A program made the translations under genes and the position numbers. The notes below the pieces were generated by a model. It did not search any database, was not told the origin of the DNA, and worked only from the letters and a program-made list of their open reading frames with translations. From Mobula hypostoma (Eukaryota), in the NCBI RefSeq assembly GCF_963921235.1, contig NC_086114.1:33356001-33420000 (forward strand): a stretch of DNA of 64,000 nucleotides, given 5' to 3'. Each line of letters begins with the position of its first letter. Positions within the stretch are counted from its first letter, which is position 1. Shown one piece after another: positions 61,545 to 64,000 of this stretch.

Positions 61545-64000
61545 ATGACGACAAGGACGATCATTTGCCTGGCGCTTTTGTTACTGCAGCATGTGCCCAC
61601 CAGCGGGACGTTTCAATCCACGCTGATGCTGGACATGGCTAAGATCCTGCTGGATAACTATTGCTTCCCAGAGAATTTAGTTGGGATGAAAGAGGCCATC
61701 AGGCAAGTCAATCAGAGTGGCGACATATTGCGTGTGAATGATCCGCAAAGTCTTGCGGCAATGTTGACCTCTGGTGTCCAGGGGGCCTTGAGCGACCCCC
61801 GACTACTGGTCACGTACGAGCCCGGGACGTCTCTCCCTGAACCGGTCAACCTCCCTCCCCCGAGCCCTGAGATACTCATGGCCTTGGTCCAAAATTCAAT
61901 CAAATTCGAAATCTTGGAAAATAGCATTGGCTACTTGAGAATTGATCATATTATCGAGGAGGACATCGTCAAAGTAGTTGGCCCGATTCTAGTGAACACG
62001 ATTTGGAAATCCATGGTTAGCACCAGCGCGATGATCCTGGATCTCCGTTACAGCAGCAGCGGAAAGGTCTCCGGTATTCCTTTCATTATATCTTACTTCT
62101 GCGATGTAAACCCTGCGATACATATCGACTCTATCTATGACCGCCCGTCCAATACCACAAAGGATATATGGACCCTACCCGTTCTGTTGGGTGAAAGATA
62201 CGACAAGCATAAAGACGTCCTGGTGCTTATTAGCAAGAACACCAATGGGGTAGCCGAGGACGTAGCGTACATCCTGAAGCAGTTAGACCGCGGCCTTTTG
62301 GTGGGGGAGCGGACAGCGGGAGGCTCGCTCAACGTTCAAAAGCTGCGCATTGGTTCGTCTGACTTCTTCATCACTGTTCCCCTCTCCAGGTCGGTCAGCC
62401 CCATCACCGGCCAGAGCTGGGAAGTGAACGGTGTGTTCCCCTGTGTACCGGTAAATGCAGACAGAGCCCTTGAGAAAGCCACCTCCATTCTGGCTGTAAG
62501 GAAAGAAATGCCCAATGTAATCCGGAAAGTCACCGAGCTGTTGAGAGCCCACTATTGCTTTGTAGATCAGGTACCGTCCCTGGCCCTGCAAATTGCTAAA
62601 GTTGCTCGCTCGGCTGTAACTTCAGAACAAGACCTGGCAGCAAAACTTAACTACGAGCTTCAGACCATCTCCGAAGATCCTCGTCTAATGATTAGCGTAA
62701 AGTCAGAACCTCCGGTCACCACAGAACAGAGCCCATCCGAGGTCTTACCAACAGATGCCAATTACCTCCGGCAAATTGTAGACGCTGTGTTTCAGGTGCA
62801 AATCTTACCTGGCAATACGGGGTACTTGAAATTTGATGTGTTTCCTACTGAGTCGGCATTGACGAAACTGAAGCCTTACATAGTTGAGAAAGTGTGGGGC
62901 CCAATTCAGGACACGGACAATTTAATAATAGATCTTAGGCACAACGTAGGTGGCACTTCGGCCGCTGTGCCCGTGTTGCTGTCATACTTCCAAGACCGGC
63001 ACCCACCCGTTCGTCTGTACACCGTTTTCAACAGGCTGGACAACTCCACCAAAGAATACTTTACGCTTCCTGATTTGGGTGGGAACTTCTATGGATCAAA
63101 AAAGGGCGTCTACGTGCTGACCAGCCACCGCACTGCCACAGCGGCCGAGGAGCTCGCCTACCTGATGCAGTCTCTAAGCAGGGCCACCGTGATTGGGGAG
63201 ATCACATCCGGTACTCTTCTTCATTCCCAATCTTTTCACATAGAAAACACCAATTTGTTTATTACTGTCCCTTTCATAAACTTTATAGATAATAATGGGG
63301 AGAGTTGGCTGGGCGGTGGAGTGGTACCCGATGCCATAGTGTTGGCAGAAGAGGCGATAGACAAGGCGAAGGATGTTCTAAAGTTCCATGCTAAAGTGTT
63401 CAAGCTAGTGGAAGACACTGGGCATCTCCTGAATGTCCACTATGCCATTCCAGAAGTGGCCGCCAAGGTCAGTTCGCTGCTCAGATCAAAATGGTTGGAT
63501 GGTTTATACCGCTCTGTTGTAGACTACGAGTCATTGGCTGCCCAGTTGACCTCCGACCTGAAGGAGACCTCTGGTGACCACCACTTCCACGTCTTCTATA
63601 GCGAGAGCGCGCCTGAGGTCCTAGACGGCCACATTGGCAAAATCCCTTCCCCCGAGGAGCTCGACCACACAATTCAAGCCCTCTTCAAGGTTGAAGTGTT
63701 GCCAAAAAATATTGGGTATCTACGGTTTGATATGATGGCCGACGGAGAAATCATCGACGCTATTGTCCCACAGTTACTCGACCAAGTTTGGAACAAACTG
63801 GTCAATACAGACGTTCTGATTATTGACATGAGATACAACGTCGGTGGCTATTCAACTGCAATTCCGATTTTATGTTCTTACTTCTTTGACTCCGAACCTC
63901 TCCGTCACCTTTATACTGTGTTTACCCGCTCCTCCTCGTCCACTTTGGAAGTATGGACACTACCCGAGGTACTTGGCCAAAGATACGCCTCCAATAAGGA
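61545..64000 (+). CDS. RBP3: interphotoreceptor retinoid-binding protein, large first exon, partial (modules 1, 2 and most of 3; runs off the window)
   Basis: Hand translation open for 818 codons: MTTRTIICLALLLL signal; FQSTLMLDMAKILLDNYCFPENLVGM; three repeats of GYL[RK]xD..D[LM]R; VGERTAGG; IGEITSG; WLGGGVVPDAIV. Confidence 0.97.
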   Translation, partial: MTTRTIICLALLLLQHVPTSGTFQSTLMLDMAKILLDNYCFPENLVGMKEAIRQVNQSGDILRVNDPQSLAAMLTSGVQGALSDPRLLVTYEPGTSLPEPVNLPPPSPEILMALVQNSIKFEILENSIGYLRIDHIIEEDIVKVVGPILVNTIWKSMVSTSAMILDLRYSSSGKVSGIPFIISYFCDVNPAIHIDSIYDRPSNTTKDIWTLPVLLGERYDKHKDVLVLISKNTNGVAEDVAYILKQLDRGLLVGERTAGGSLNVQKLRIGSSDFFITVPLSRSVSPITGQSWEVNGVFPCVPVNADRALEKATSILAVRKEMPNVIRKVTELLRAHYCFVDQVPSLALQIAKVARSAVTSEQDLAAKLNYELQTISEDPRLMISVKSEPPVTTEQSPSEVLPTDANYLRQIVDAVFQVQILPGNTGYLKFDVFPTESALTKLKPYIVEKVWGPIQDTDNLIIDLRHNVGGTSAAVPVLLSYFQDRHPPVRLYTVFNRLDNSTKEYFTLPDLGGNFYGSKKGVYVLTSHRTATAAEELAYLMQSLSRATVIGEITSGTLLHSQSFHIENTNLFITVPFINFIDNNGESWLGGGVVPDAIVLAEEAIDKAKDVLKFHAKVFKLVEDTGHLLNVHYAIPEVAAKVSSLLRSKWLDGLYRSVVDYESLAAQLTSDLKETSGDHHFHVFYSESAPEVLDGHIGKIPSPEELDHTIQALFKVEVLPKNIGYLRFDMMADGEIIDAIVPQLLDQVWNKLVNTDVLIIDMRYNVGGYSTAIPILCSYFFDSEPLRHLYTVFTRSSSSTLEVWTLPEVLGQRYASNK

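Noticed and set aside
61712-63672. Minus-strand ORFs over RBP3
   Set aside because: Antisense shadows of the RBP3 frame

Overview
Vertebrate genomic DNA. The repeat families point to a cartilaginous fish, probably a ray (inference). Three + strand genes lie in tandem, in the same order and orientation as the mammalian GDF10-GDF2-RBP3 block. (1) Complete 3-exon GDF10/BMP3b: 567-837, 2430-3328, 7526-7717; 453 aa. (2) Complete 2-exon BMP9/10-family gene at the GDF2 position: 31666-32008, 32876-33792; 419 aa; its sequence looks more like BMP10 than mammalian BMP9. (3) 5' part of RBP3/IRBP, from ATG 61545 and open to the window end; it is absent from the ORF track because no stop is reached. Intergenic and intronic DNA holds CR1, Rex1/Babar, RTE, L2 and Penelope fragments, V-, Deu- and CORE-type SINEs, three probable solo LTRs, an 81-bp hAT MITE, microsatellites and a 142-N gap. 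Best leads: the BMP10-like gene at the BMP9 locus with an altered receptor-binding segment; a 139-bp inverted copy of nearby DNA fused to the 5' end of a CR1; decayed minimal hammerhead ribozymes in Penelope terminal repeats; a young SINE with a 13-bp TSD resembling invertebrate SINEs; an orphan CpG-rich promoter; and CTCF-like sites between GDF2 and RBP3. I see no CRISPR array, rRNA or true tRNA gene, and cannot support a wholly new multi-gene system. All comparisons to known proteins and repeats are from memory, not from searches.
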